Shown here: positions 29,462-38,428 of the stretch, piece by piece
Numbering within the stretch: position 1 is the stretch's first letter
Layout: every line of letters starts with the position of its first letter
DNA from: Collimonas sp.
Lineage (GTDB): Bacteria > Pseudomonadota > Gammaproteobacteria > Burkholderiales > Burkholderiaceae_D
DNA: 64,000 nt
Assembly (NCBI RefSeq): GCF_035566555.1
Contig: NZ_DATMRB010000098.1
Coordinates: 46,431-110,430, forward strand
Direction: 5' to 3'
Program-made: the position numbers and the translations under genes
The notes under the pieces: model-generated
The model's input: only the letters and a program-made list of their open reading frames with translations
Database searches by the model: none
Told to the model about the DNA's origin: nothing

Positions 29462-30778
29462 ATGAAAGTAATAGTATTGGGCGCTGGTGTAATCGGGACC
29501 TCTTCGGCATGGTTCCTGAACAAGGAAGGTCACGATGTCACCGTGATCGAACGCCAGCCTGGCGCCGCCCAGGAAACCAGTTTTGCCAACGGCTGCCAGA
29601 TTTCCGTGTCGCATGCCGAGCCTTGGGCCAACCCGCAGGCGCCCTTGAAGGTCTTGAAATGGCTGGGGCAGGAAGACGCGCCCTTGCTGTACCGCTTCCG
29701 TCCGGAATGGCTGCAATGGAAATGGGCGCTCAACTTCCTGCGCGAATGCACGCCGGCGCGCACCAATGACAATATCCGCCAGATCGTCGCCATCTGCGAA
29801 TACAGCCGCCAGACCTTGCAGGCGGTGCGCGCCGATACCGGCGTCGACTACGATTGCCTGACGCGCGGCATCCTGCACTTCTATACAGATCAAAAAGAAT
29901 TCGACATCTCGCTGCCGGCTGCGCAACTGATGCGCGACCTCGGCTGCCCGCGCGACTCGATCAGCGCCGATGAAGTGGTGAAGATCGAACCGGCGCTGGC
30001 GCGCATCCGCGACAAGATCGTCGGCGGCGACTTTACCGCCACCGACGAATCGGGCGACGTCTACAAATTCACATCGGGCCTCGCCGACAAAGCCGCCGAA
30101 GCCGGCGTCAACTTCCAGTACAACACCAGCGTCACCCGCCTGCTCACCGAAGGCAGCGGCGCCGGCGCCAAGATCACCGGGGTGGAAGTGATCAATGCCG
30201 ATGGCCGCCACGAAGTGCTGCATGCCGATGCTTTCGTGGTCGCCATGGGCAGTTTCTCGACGCCGCTGCTGAAACCGCTCGGCGTCGACCTGATGATCTA
30301 TCCGGGCAAGGGCTACTCGGCTACCTACCAGATCACCAATCCGGACGCGGCGCCAAGCGTGTCGCTGACCGACGACGGCTACAAGCTGGTGGTGTCGCGC
30401 CTGGGCGACCGCCTGCGGGTGGCCGGCACCTGCGAGCTGAACGGCTACACGCGCGAGCTCAACACCACCCGCTGCGAGGCGATTACGCGCCGCACGCGCG
30501 AACTGTTCCCGGACGGCTGCGACTACGACAATCCGGTCTACTGGACCGGCCTGCGGCCGATGACGCCATCCAACGTGCCCTACATCGGCAAGAGCAAGAT
30601 CAGCAACCTGTTCCTTAATACCGGCCACGGTACGCTCGGCTGGACCATGGGTTGCGGCTCAGGACGCGCCATCGCCGAGATCGTCTCGGGACGCCGGCCG
30701 GAAGTCGATTTCGCCTTTACCGGCATGCCGCGGCAAGTGCCGCAGCCGCTGATATTGCCGCGTCCGCTGCAAGCCTGA
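29462..30778 (+). CDS. dadA: D-amino acid dehydrogenase (FAD-dependent)
   Basis: MKVIVLGAGVIGTSSAWFL (GxGxxG FAD fold), ..ETSFANG.., 438 aa. This is the DadA-like length and N-terminus. Confidence 0.85.
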   Translation: MKVIVLGAGVIGTSSAWFLNKEGHDVTVIERQPGAAQETSFANGCQISVSHAEPWANPQAPLKVLKWLGQEDAPLLYRFRPEWLQWKWALNFLRECTPARTNDNIRQIVAICEYSRQTLQAVRADTGVDYDCLTRGILHFYTDQKEFDISLPAAQLMRDLGCPRDSISADEVVKIEPALARIRDKIVGGDFTATDESGDVYKFTSGLADKAAEAGVNFQYNTSVTRLLTEGSGAGAKITGVEVINADGRHEVLHADAFVVAMGSFSTPLLKPLGVDLMIYPGKGYSATYQITNPDAAPSVSLTDDGYKLVVSRLGDRLRVAGTCELNGYTRELNTTRCEAITRRTRELFPDGCDYDNPVYWTGLRPMTPSNVPYIGKSKISNLFLNTGHGTLGWTMGCGSGRAIAEIVSGRRPEVDFAFTGMPRQVPQPLILPRPLQA

Positions 30779-30820
30779 ACAAGCTGATCGCCTGACTGCC
30801 CTCGCGGCAAGCCCTGAAAA

Positions 30821-30854
30821 GACCGATGCTGTCGCCAGCACCGGTCTTTTTTTT
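30821..30854 (+). terminator. Rho-independent terminator after dadA
   Basis: gaccgatgctg-tcgc-cagcaccggtc (11-bp stem, one mismatch) followed by T8. Confidence 0.75.
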
Positions 30855-30924
30855 GCCGGCACGGGCATGGCGCGCTTTTTGCTCAGCTGTATTCAGGAAG
30901 CGGCAGGCGCACTGTTGCAGTGCA

Positions 30925-31434
30925 TCACCTGACGGCGCGGACTTCGACCGTCGCCGGTTTTTCGTCGAAAGCGACGCGCGTCACGAACTTGGCGCGTTTC
31001 ATCGGAAAGCGCGACTGGAAATGGCGGACGTTGCCGGAGCCTGAAATGACCCGGCGCACGAACTGATAGTAGGCATCCATGTCGATCACGTGCACCACCA
31101 GGAAGTAGTCGTAGTCGCCGGAAACGAAATAGCATTGCATGACCTCGGCTTCCTTGTTCATGCGCAGTTCGAACTCCTGCATGTGCTCGTCGGACTGGTG
31201 GTTCAGCGAGATTTCGAGGAAGGCCAGCATGCCGTAGCCGAGCGCAAAGGGATCGACCAGCGAGACGTCGGCGCTGATGATGCCGGCCTCGCGCAAGTCG
31301 CGCAGGCGGCGCAGGCAGGTCGGTTGGGAAATGTGCGCTTTGTCGGCCAAAGTACGGGTCGGCATTTGATTGTCGCGCTGCAACAAATTGAGCAACTTGC
31401 GGTCGACTTTGTCTAGGGTGTGGTGTTTGCTCAT
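30925..31434 (-). CDS. lrp: Lrp/AsnC-family transcriptional regulator
   Basis: LDKVDRKLLNLLQRDNQMPTRTLADKAHISQPTCLRRLRDLREAGII plus a C-terminal RAM/AsnC_trans_reg domain. Confidence 0.85.
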   Translation of the reverse strand: MSKHHTLDKVDRKLLNLLQRDNQMPTRTLADKAHISQPTCLRRLRDLREAGIISADVSLVDPFALGYGMLAFLEISLNHQSDEHMQEFELRMNKEAEVMQCYFVSGDYDYFLVVHVIDMDAYYQFVRRVISGSGNVRHFQSRFPMKRAKFVTRVAFDEKPATVEVRAVR

Positions 31435-31637
31435 GCCAAGGGATCAGGGGCTGCTGCTGCCGTTTTAAGAATTCGCAAAAACCGCTATGCGAAGCGTTTT
31501 TTATGTTGTAACGTTGCTCTATTCGGATAAGACTTAACTTACAAAATTTTCAGTCTTATCTGAGTAAATAATAAATAAGCAGCGGACGGTGAAACTGTAA
31601 CTAGATTGTTTTATTTTAAATCCTCAGGAGGATATTC

Positions 31638-32786
31638 ATGCAGAACAAGATCAAAATGATTCCGTTGGCTGGCGCAATTGCAATGGCTTTCGCCTTTGCC
31701 GGTCCGGTTTCGGCACAAGAAGTCATCACCATCGGCCAGGTCAGCCCGCTCACGGGTCCTAACGCCCACATCGGCAAGGACAATGAAAACGGCGCCACCA
31801 TGGCGATCGAGGAACTGAATGCCAAGGGCACCAAGATCGGCGGCAAGCCAGTGAAATTCGTACTGGCTTCCGAGGACGACGCTTCCGATCCTAAGCAAGG
31901 AACTGCCGCTGCCCAGAAACTGGTGGACGCCAAGGTCAAGGGTATTATTGGCCACATGAACTCCGGCACCACCATCCCGGCATCGAAAATCTATCACGAT
32001 GCCGGCATCCCGCAAATCTCGCCTTCCGCCACCAATCCTAAGTACACCCAGCAAGGCTTCGACACTGCGTTCCGCGTAGTCGCCAACGACGGCCAGCTGG
32101 GCGGCACCCTGGGACGCTACGCCATCAACACGCTGAAAGCCAAGAACATTGCGGTCATCGATGACCGCACTGCCTACGGCCAAGGTGTTGCTGAAGAGTT
32201 CACCAAGAGCGCCAAGAAAGCCGGCGGCACTATCGTTGCGACGCAGTTCACCAACGACAAGGCGACCGATTTCAACGCGATTCTGACCTCGATCAAGTCG
32301 AAGAATCCTGACCTGATTTTCTTCGGCGGCATGGATGCTGTCGGCGGCCCGATGCTGCGCCAGATGGACCAGCTGGGCATCAAGGCCAAGTTCATGGGCG
32401 GCGACGGCCTGTGTACTACTGAACTGGCCAAGCTGGCCGGCGCCGGCCTGAAAGACGACCAGGTGGTTTGCGCTGAAGCCGGCGGTGTGCCGGATGCAGG
32501 CAAGGCCGCTCTGGAAGCCTTCAAGGTCGCTTACCAAAAACGCTTCAACCAGGAAGTCGTGATCTATGCACCGTATGAATACGATGCGCTGATGACCATG
32601 GTCGCTGCGATGGAAAAAGCCGGTTCCTCGGATCCTAAGAAATACCTGCCTGAACTGGCCAAGATCCACTACAAGGGCGTGACTGGCGAGATCTCCTTCG
32701 ATCCTAAGGGCGACATCAAGGACGGTTCGCTGACCTTGTACACCTACAAGGACGGCAAGCGCACTCTGCTGACCGTGACAAAATAA
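31638..32786 (+). CDS. Branched-chain amino acid (Leu/Ile/Val-type) ABC transporter substrate-binding protein, paralog 1
   Basis: Signal peptide ..AFAFAGPVSAQE. LivJ/LivK-family segments: IGQVSPLTGPNAHIGKDNENG, DPKQGTAAAQKLVD, IGHMNSGTTIPAS. AGGAGG lies 6 nt before the ATG. Confidence 0.9.
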   Translation: MQNKIKMIPLAGAIAMAFAFAGPVSAQEVITIGQVSPLTGPNAHIGKDNENGATMAIEELNAKGTKIGGKPVKFVLASEDDASDPKQGTAAAQKLVDAKVKGIIGHMNSGTTIPASKIYHDAGIPQISPSATNPKYTQQGFDTAFRVVANDGQLGGTLGRYAINTLKAKNIAVIDDRTAYGQGVAEEFTKSAKKAGGTIVATQFTNDKATDFNAILTSIKSKNPDLIFFGGMDAVGGPMLRQMDQLGIKAKFMGGDGLCTTELAKLAGAGLKDDQVVCAEAGGVPDAGKAALEAFKVAYQKRFNQEVVIYAPYEYDALMTMVAAMEKAGSSDPKKYLPELAKIHYKGVTGEISFDPKGDIKDGSLTLYTYKDGKRTLLTVTK

Positions 32787-32807
32787 TCGTCGTACGCAGC
32801 TCCTAGA

Positions 32808-32837
32808 AAGCGCCCCGGTTTCCGGGGCGCTTTTTTT
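32808..32837 (+). terminator. Rho-independent terminator
   Basis: gcgccccgg-tttc-cggggcgc followed by T7. Confidence 0.85.
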
Positions 32838-33057
32838 ATGCCCGCGCGGATTCTCGCGGCACGGCTCTCCCCTCTGTCAGCGGCCGCCACCGTACACAAT
32901 CAGGCTGCATGCGGCACCGCGCAATTCCCTCATCCAGCGCAAGGATATTGTCTAAAAGTCTTTGAGAAGATTTTTTTCTGTTGTAAGGTTTACATGTTCC
33001 GCGCTGTAAAGCTGGAAAAGCTTTCATTGACCTTATCAAATCCTTAGGAGGAAACAC

Positions 33058-34209
33058 GTGCAGATGAAGAATAAAATGTTGCCGCTGGCTGCAGCAATCG
33101 CATTGGCCTTGAGCGCCGCCGGCGCCGCCCATGCGGAAGATCAAGTCGTCAAGATCGGCCACGTCGGCCCGGTGACCGGCCCCTCGGCCCACCTCGGCAA
33201 GGACATGGAAAACGGCGCCAAGATGGCGGTCGAGGAATTGAACGCCAAGGGTGTCACCCTGGGCGGCAAGAAGGTCAAGTTCGTGCTGCTGGCGGAAGAC
33301 GATGCTTCCGATCCGAAGCAAGGCACGGCAGCGGCGCAGAAACTGGTCGACGCCAAGATCGACGGCGTCATCGGCCACTTGAATTCCGGCACCACCATCC
33401 CGGCCTCGAAGATTTACTACGACGCCGGCATTCCGCAGATTTCGCCGGCAGCCACCAGCCCGAAATACACGCAGCAAGGTTTCAACAGCGTGTTCCGGGT
33501 CGTCGCCAACGACGGCCAGCTGGGCGGCACCCTGGGCCGCTATGCGGCGACGGCGCTGCATGCCAAGAATATCGCGGTCATCGATGACCGCACCGCCTAC
33601 GGCCAAGGGGTGGCGCAAGAGTTCGCCAAGGGCGCCAAGGCTGCCGGCGTCAATATCGTGGCGACCCAGTTCACCAACGACAAGGCGACCGACTTCAACG
33701 CCATCCTGACCTCGATCAAGGCCAAGAATCCGGACGTAATCTTCTTCGGCGGCATGGATGCGGTCGCCGGTCCGATGCTGCGCCAGATGAAGGCGCTCGG
33801 CATCAAGGCCAAGTTCATGGGCGGCGACGGCATGTGTACGGCAGAGCTGGGCAAGCTGGCCGGCGATGGCCTGAGCGATGACCAGGTGGTGTGTGCAGAA
33901 GCCGGTGGCGTGGAAGAATCGGGCAAGAAAGGCCTGGAGGATTTCAAGGCAGCTTTCCTAAAGAAGTACGGCACCGAAGTCAAACTGTACGCGCCCTACT
34001 CCTACGACTCGGTGATGACCATGGTGGAGGCAATGCAGAAAGCCAATTCCGCCGATCCGAAAAAATACCTGCCGGAACTGGCGAAGATCCATCACAAGGG
34101 CGTGACCGGCATGATCGCCTTCGACGCCAAGGGCGATATCAAGGACGGCACGCTGACTCTGTACACCTACAAGGCTGGCAAGCGGACCTTGCTGACCGTG
34201 ACCAAATAA
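33058..34209 (+). CDS. Branched-chain amino acid ABC transporter substrate-binding protein, paralog 2 (GTG start)
   Basis: Collinear with paralog 1 over its full length (IGHVGPVTGPSAHLGKDMENG, DPKQGTAAAQKLVD, IGHLNSGTTIPAS). Signal peptide ..ALSAAGAAHAED. AGGAGG lies 6 nt before the GTG. Confidence 0.9.
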   Translation: MQMKNKMLPLAAAIALALSAAGAAHAEDQVVKIGHVGPVTGPSAHLGKDMENGAKMAVEELNAKGVTLGGKKVKFVLLAEDDASDPKQGTAAAQKLVDAKIDGVIGHLNSGTTIPASKIYYDAGIPQISPAATSPKYTQQGFNSVFRVVANDGQLGGTLGRYAATALHAKNIAVIDDRTAYGQGVAQEFAKGAKAAGVNIVATQFTNDKATDFNAILTSIKAKNPDVIFFGGMDAVAGPMLRQMKALGIKAKFMGGDGMCTAELGKLAGDGLSDDQVVCAEAGGVEESGKKGLEDFKAAFLKKYGTEVKLYAPYSYDSVMTMVEAMQKANSADPKKYLPELAKIHHKGVTGMIAFDAKGDIKDGTLTLYTYKAGKRTLLTVTK

Positions 34210-34230
34210 ACCATCGCAGCAGCTTTGCAG

Positions 34231-34265
34231 AAGCGCTCCGCCCGCAAGGCCGGAGCGCTTTTTTC
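34231..34265 (+). terminator. Rho-independent terminator
   Basis: aagcgctccg-cccgcaaggc-cggagcgctt followed by a T-run. Confidence 0.85.
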
Positions 34266-34467
34266 ATGCCTATTGTTTCCATGGAGCCAGCAGCTTACGC
34301 ATATCATTCTGCCGAATTGATAAAAAAGCATATAAATGCCCTTTGCGCCGGCTATGGATTGTTGTAACGTTTAACTCCCTCAAGACAGTCCGAACTCGCG
34401 GCGCAAGCCGACTGTCTAAAAACTGATTTTTTAATAATACCGCCGACAATCCTTAGGAGAAACCCTG

Positions 34468-35610
34468 GTGCACACTACTAAAATGATGCCGCTGGCTGCC
34501 GCCATCGCCCTGTCCCTGGCCGCTTCGGCGCAGGCGCAAGAGCAAGTGGTCAAGATCGCTCACGTCGGACCGATCACCGGCCCTATCGCCCATATCGGCA
34601 AGGACAATGAAAACGGCGCCCGCATGGCGATCGAAGCATTGAATGCGCAGGGCATCGTGCTGGACGGCAAGAAGACCCGCTTCGTGCTGGTGGCGGAAGA
34701 CGATGCATCCGATCCGAAGCAGGCCACCGCCGTCGCCCAGAAGCTGGTCGACGCCAAGGTCGCCGGCGTCATCGGCCACGTCAATTCCGGCACCTCGATC
34801 CCGGCATCGAAGATCTATTACGACGCCGGCATCCCGCAGATTTCGCCTTCCACCACCAGCGCCAAATATACCCAGCAAGGCTTCAACACGACCTTCCGCG
34901 TGGTCGCCAACGACAGCCAGCTGGGCGGCGCCCTCGGCCGTTATGCGGCCAGCACGCTGCATGCCAAGACCGCAGCGGTGATCGACGACCGCACCGCCTA
35001 CGGCCAGGGTTTGGCGGAAGAATTCAGCAAAGCGGCCAAAGCGGCCGGCATGACCATCGTCTCCAGCCAGTTCACCAACGACAAGGCGACCGACTTCAAC
35101 GCCATCCTGACCTCGTTCAAGGCCAAGAAACCTGACGTCGTCTTCTTCGGCGGCCTGGATGCCGGCGCCGGCCCGATGCTGCGCCAGATGAGAGCGCTCG
35201 GCATCAAGGCCAAGTTCATGGGCGGCGACGCCATCTGCACTTCCGACCTGCCGAAACTGGCGGGCGACGGCATCAGCAACGACCAGGTGATCTGCGCCGA
35301 AGCCGGCGGCGTAGAAGACTCGGGCAGAAAAGCGCTGGACGGATTCCGCACTGCATACAAGATCAAATACGGCAAGGATGTGGTGATCTATGCGCCGTAT
35401 ACCTACGATGCCTTGATGACGATGGCAGATGCGATGCAAAAAGCCAAGTCGGCCGATCCGAAGAAATACCTGCCGGAACTGGCGAAGATCCAGCACCAGG
35501 GCGTGACCGGCATGATTTCGTTTGATGCCAAGGGCGACATCAAGGACGGCACCATCACTCTGTACACTTACCGCGGCGCGCAGCGCAGCCAGCTAGCTGT
35601 GACCAAATAA
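34468..35610 (+). CDS. Branched-chain amino acid ABC transporter substrate-binding protein, paralog 3 (GTG start)
   Basis: Collinear with paralogs 1 and 2 (IAHVGPITGPIAHIGKDNENG, DPKQATAVAQKLVD, IGHVNSGTSIPAS). Signal peptide ..SLAASAQAQE. Confidence 0.9.
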   Translation: MHTTKMMPLAAAIALSLAASAQAQEQVVKIAHVGPITGPIAHIGKDNENGARMAIEALNAQGIVLDGKKTRFVLVAEDDASDPKQATAVAQKLVDAKVAGVIGHVNSGTSIPASKIYYDAGIPQISPSTTSAKYTQQGFNTTFRVVANDSQLGGALGRYAASTLHAKTAAVIDDRTAYGQGLAEEFSKAAKAAGMTIVSSQFTNDKATDFNAILTSFKAKKPDVVFFGGLDAGAGPMLRQMRALGIKAKFMGGDAICTSDLPKLAGDGISNDQVICAEAGGVEDSGRKALDGFRTAYKIKYGKDVVIYAPYTYDALMTMADAMQKAKSADPKKYLPELAKIQHQGVTGMISFDAKGDIKDGTITLYTYRGAQRSQLAVTK

Positions 35611-35648
35611 GGCGTTTCCGGCCATCCTGAAAAGCCTCCCGCGGGATT

Positions 35649-35685
35649 AATGCCGTTCAGCCAAGATCGAACGGCATTTTTATTT
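35649..35685 (+). terminator. Rho-independent terminator
   Basis: aatgccgttc-(10 nt)-gaacggcatt followed by tttttattt. Confidence 0.75.
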
Positions 35686-35772
35686 GAGGGAACTGAAACG
35701 GCTTCAGCATGGGCAGAAAATCTGTCCGCCCTATGACCGTTTAACGGCGGACACGGCGACATTTTTACCAAT

Positions 35773-35802
35773 AAAAAGGGCGCTCATCTGAGCGCCCTTT
35801 TT
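35773..35802. terminator. Bidirectional hairpin terminator downstream of the cytochrome c gene
   Basis: aaaaa-gggcgctca-tc-tgagcgccc-ttttt, with an A-run and a T-run flanking a 9-bp stem. Confidence 0.8.
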
Positions 35803-35820
35803 GCAGTCTGACCGGTGGAA

Positions 35821-36126
35821 TTATTTCTGCGACAGAATCCACTTCACCAGCGTATGCGCTTCGGCTTCGCTGACTTGCGGATTGGCCGGCATCGGGATGG
35901 CGCCCCAAGTGCCGGTGCTGCCCTTCAGGACTTTTTGCACCAGCATGTCTTCGTCTTTTGCCGAAAACTTTGCCGCAACGTCTTTATATGCCGGTCCGAC
36001 GACCTTGTTGGCTACCGAGTGGCATGCCAGACAGTTCTTGGCTTTTGCCAGATCCAGACCGGCGTCAGCCAGAGCAGAACCCGATGCCATTGCACCCAGC
36101 AATGCACAGATCAACAAACGTTTCAT
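35821..36126 (-). CDS. Class I c-type cytochrome (c551/c552-like), periplasmic
   Basis: Signal peptide MKRLLICALLGAMASGSALA, heme motif CLACH, distal ligand context ..GAIPMPAN... I chose the ATG at 36126, which has GGAG upstream. Confidence 0.85.
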   Translation of the reverse strand: MKRLLICALLGAMASGSALADAGLDLAKAKNCLACHSVANKVVGPAYKDVAAKFSAKDEDMLVQKVLKGSTGTWGAIPMPANPQVSEAEAHTLVKWILSQK

Positions 36127-36290
36127 TCTTATCTCCGTCAAAAAAAATGTGACACCATTTTACCTGCCCGTGCGCATTGTCTCATATCCCGCAAACACCT
36201 ACCTACATCAGGGATCCGACATATCAGAGCGACATCCGTTGACCACAGGCATCTTTCGCCCTATCCTTTCGGCAAAGAAAAGGGAATGCC

Positions 36291-36530
36291 ATGCCACTGA
36301 TTATCATTATCGTTGTACTAATAGCGTTAAAATACTTCGAAGTCACTGCGTTTTTTACCAATATGTCCTGGTGGTGGATCGCGGGCCTGATGGCGATCGC
36401 TTTCATCTGGTTTGAATTTCTCGAACGCATGCTCGGCCTGGACAAGCGCAAGGCGCACGAAGAACTCGAAAAAATCAAGAAGGAACGCGTCAAGAAAACC
36501 TTCGACAAGAATAACCGTCCCGGCCGCTGA
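36291..36530 (+). CDS. Small Trp-rich two-TM membrane protein with a Lys/Glu-rich tail (resembles the small Trp-rich protein family found in beta-proteobacteria)
   Basis: MPLIIIIVVLIALKYFEV...MSWWWIAGLMAIAFIWFEFLE, then a charged tail. A terminator follows. Confidence 0.6.
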   Translation: MPLIIIIVVLIALKYFEVTAFFTNMSWWWIAGLMAIAFIWFEFLERMLGLDKRKAHEELEKIKKERVKKTFDKNNRPGR

Positions 36531-36551
36531 TACGGCCACATCAAGCAAAGC

Positions 36552-36580
36552 AAAAAGCCGGCTTCTCTCCGGCTTTTTTA
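36552..36580 (+). terminator. Rho-independent terminator
   Basis: aaagccgg-cttctct-ccggcttt followed by a T-run. Confidence 0.8.
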
Positions 36581-36594
36581 TTAGGTATCGATGA

Positions 36595-37488
36595 ATGAAT
36601 ATAGAGCTGCGACAACTGCGCTATTTCGTGGCGGTGGCGGAAGAAAGGCATTTCGGCCGCGCCGCGCTGCGGCTGCACATGACGCAGCCGCCTTTGTCGC
36701 AAGCCATCCAGGCGCTCGAAGCCGGTCTTGGCGCCGCTCTGTTTGCGCGCACCAAGCGCAGCGTCGCCCTGACCCCGGCCGGGCAAGCGCTGCTGCCGGA
36801 AGCACAACGCCTGCTGCAGCAGGCCGCTACCCTGCCCGACCTGGTCCGGCGCGCCGCCAGTGGCGAGTCGGGCCTGCTCACGCTCTCCTTCGTCTCCACC
36901 GCCGACTACAGCATCCTGCCGCCTTTGCTGCGTTCTTTCCGCGAAACCTACCCGCAGGTACGGATAGACCTGCAGGAAGCCACCAGCGACCTGCAGCTGG
37001 CGCAGCTGATGGAAGGCCGCATCGATGCCGGCTTGCTGATCCCGCCCTTGCCGGACAAAGCCAGGCTGGTGCTCGATTATCAGCCTGTGCTGTCCGAACC
37101 CTTGATGCTGGCGGCGCCAAGCGGCCTCAAGGCGCTGCGCGGCAAAGGCAAGATTGCCCTGAGCAGCGTGGCCGACATGCCCCTGATTATTTTCCCGCGC
37201 CGCATCTCGCCCGGTTTCCATGACACCATCCTGGGTTGCTTCCGCGCCGCCGGCGTCACCCCGCATATCGGCCAGGAGGCAATCCAGATGCAAACCATCG
37301 TCGGCCTGGTGTCGGCTGGCATGGGGATCGCGCTTGTGCCACAATCGGTGTCGAACCTGCAACGCCCGGGGGTCGACTATCGCGAATTGCTGGACCAGAC
37401 GCCGCTGGTAGAGACCGGGCTGGCCTGGCGACGCGATAATGCCTCACCTGTACTGCAAGCCTTTTTAGAATTATTAAGAAAGAAATAG
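36595..37488 (+). CDS. LysR-family transcriptional regulator
   Basis: MNIELRQLRYFVAVAEERHFGRAALRLHMTQPPLSQAIQALE is a canonical LysR HTH. It is followed by a substrate-binding domain. Confidence 0.9.
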   Translation: MNIELRQLRYFVAVAEERHFGRAALRLHMTQPPLSQAIQALEAGLGAALFARTKRSVALTPAGQALLPEAQRLLQQAATLPDLVRRAASGESGLLTLSFVSTADYSILPPLLRSFRETYPQVRIDLQEATSDLQLAQLMEGRIDAGLLIPPLPDKARLVLDYQPVLSEPLMLAAPSGLKALRGKGKIALSSVADMPLIIFPRRISPGFHDTILGCFRAAGVTPHIGQEAIQMQTIVGLVSAGMGIALVPQSVSNLQRPGVDYRELLDQTPLVETGLAWRRDNASPVLQAFLELLRKK

Positions 37489-37491
37489 AAC

Positions 37492-38346
37492 ATGCTGATC
37501 CACCCCTTACCCGATCCGATCGCCTTCTCACTCGGCCCGCTGCATGTACGCTGGTACGGCCTGATGTATCTGCTGGCCTTCATCCAGTTCATCTGGGTCG
37601 GCCGCATCCGTATCAAGCAGCCGCATATCGCCGCGGTCGGCTGGAAAAAGGAAGATATCGACGACATGCTGTTCTACGGCGTGCTGGGGGTGGTGATCGG
37701 CGGCCGCCTGGGCCAGGTGTTCTTTTACGATCCGGCCTACTATTTTTCGCACCCGGCCGAAATCATCGCCGTATGGAAGGGCGGCATGTCTTTCCACGGC
37801 GGCTTCCTCGGCGTCCTGATCGCCATGGCGTTGTGGGGCCGCAAGGCTGGCCGCAACCTGATGGACATCATGGATTTCATCGCACCGATGGTGCCGCTGG
37901 GCTACGCCGCCGGCCGCCTCGGCAATTTCATCAACGGCGAACTGCCGGGCCGCGTGGTTTCCGACCCGTCGCTGCCGTGGGCCATGATCTGGCCGAACGT
38001 GGACAACCTGCCGCGCCATCCGTCGCCGATCTACCAGATGCTGGTCGACGGCATCCTGCTGTTCATCATTCTCTGGCTGTTCTCGCGCAAGCCGCGGCCG
38101 CGCATGGCAGTGGCCGGCATGTTCTCGCTGCTGTACGGCTGCGCCCGCTTCTTCACCGAATACTTCCGCGTGCCGGACTACAACGTCACTTTCGGCGGCA
38201 TCACGATTTCCGCCGGCCAGATGCTGTCGGTGCCGATGATCGTGCTCGGCATTATCCTGCTGTTCATCGCTTACCGCCATCCGCGCAAATATGCCGGCGC
38301 CGCCGATGCGCCGCCGGTCAAGGCCGCCAGCCCCGCTCCAACCTGA
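37492..38346 (+). CDS. lgt: Prolipoprotein diacylglyceryl transferase
   Basis: ..[16 protein letters not shown].., ..[12 protein letters not shown].., ..[14 protein letters not shown].., ..HPSPIYQ.. These are Lgt signature segments. Confidence 0.95.
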   Translation: MLIHPLPDPIAFSLGPLHVRWYGLMYLLAFIQFIWVGRIRIKQPHIAAVGWKKEDIDDMLFYGVLGVVIGGRLGQVFFYDPAYYFSHPAEIIAVWKGGMSFHGGFLGVLIAMALWGRKAGRNLMDIMDFIAPMVPLGYAAGRLGNFINGELPGRVVSDPSLPWAMIWPNVDNLPRHPSPIYQMLVDGILLFIILWLFSRKPRPRMAVAGMFSLLYGCARFFTEYFRVPDYNVTFGGITISAGQMLSVPMIVLGIILLFIAYRHPRKYAGAADAPPVKAASPAPT

Positions 38347-38428
38347 AGCGCAATACCGTGCCGCCGGCCATTCCTGATGTAGGGATAGCGCCGGCGGCGA
38401 TGGCCGAACGTCTTTTTCCCGCATCTCT

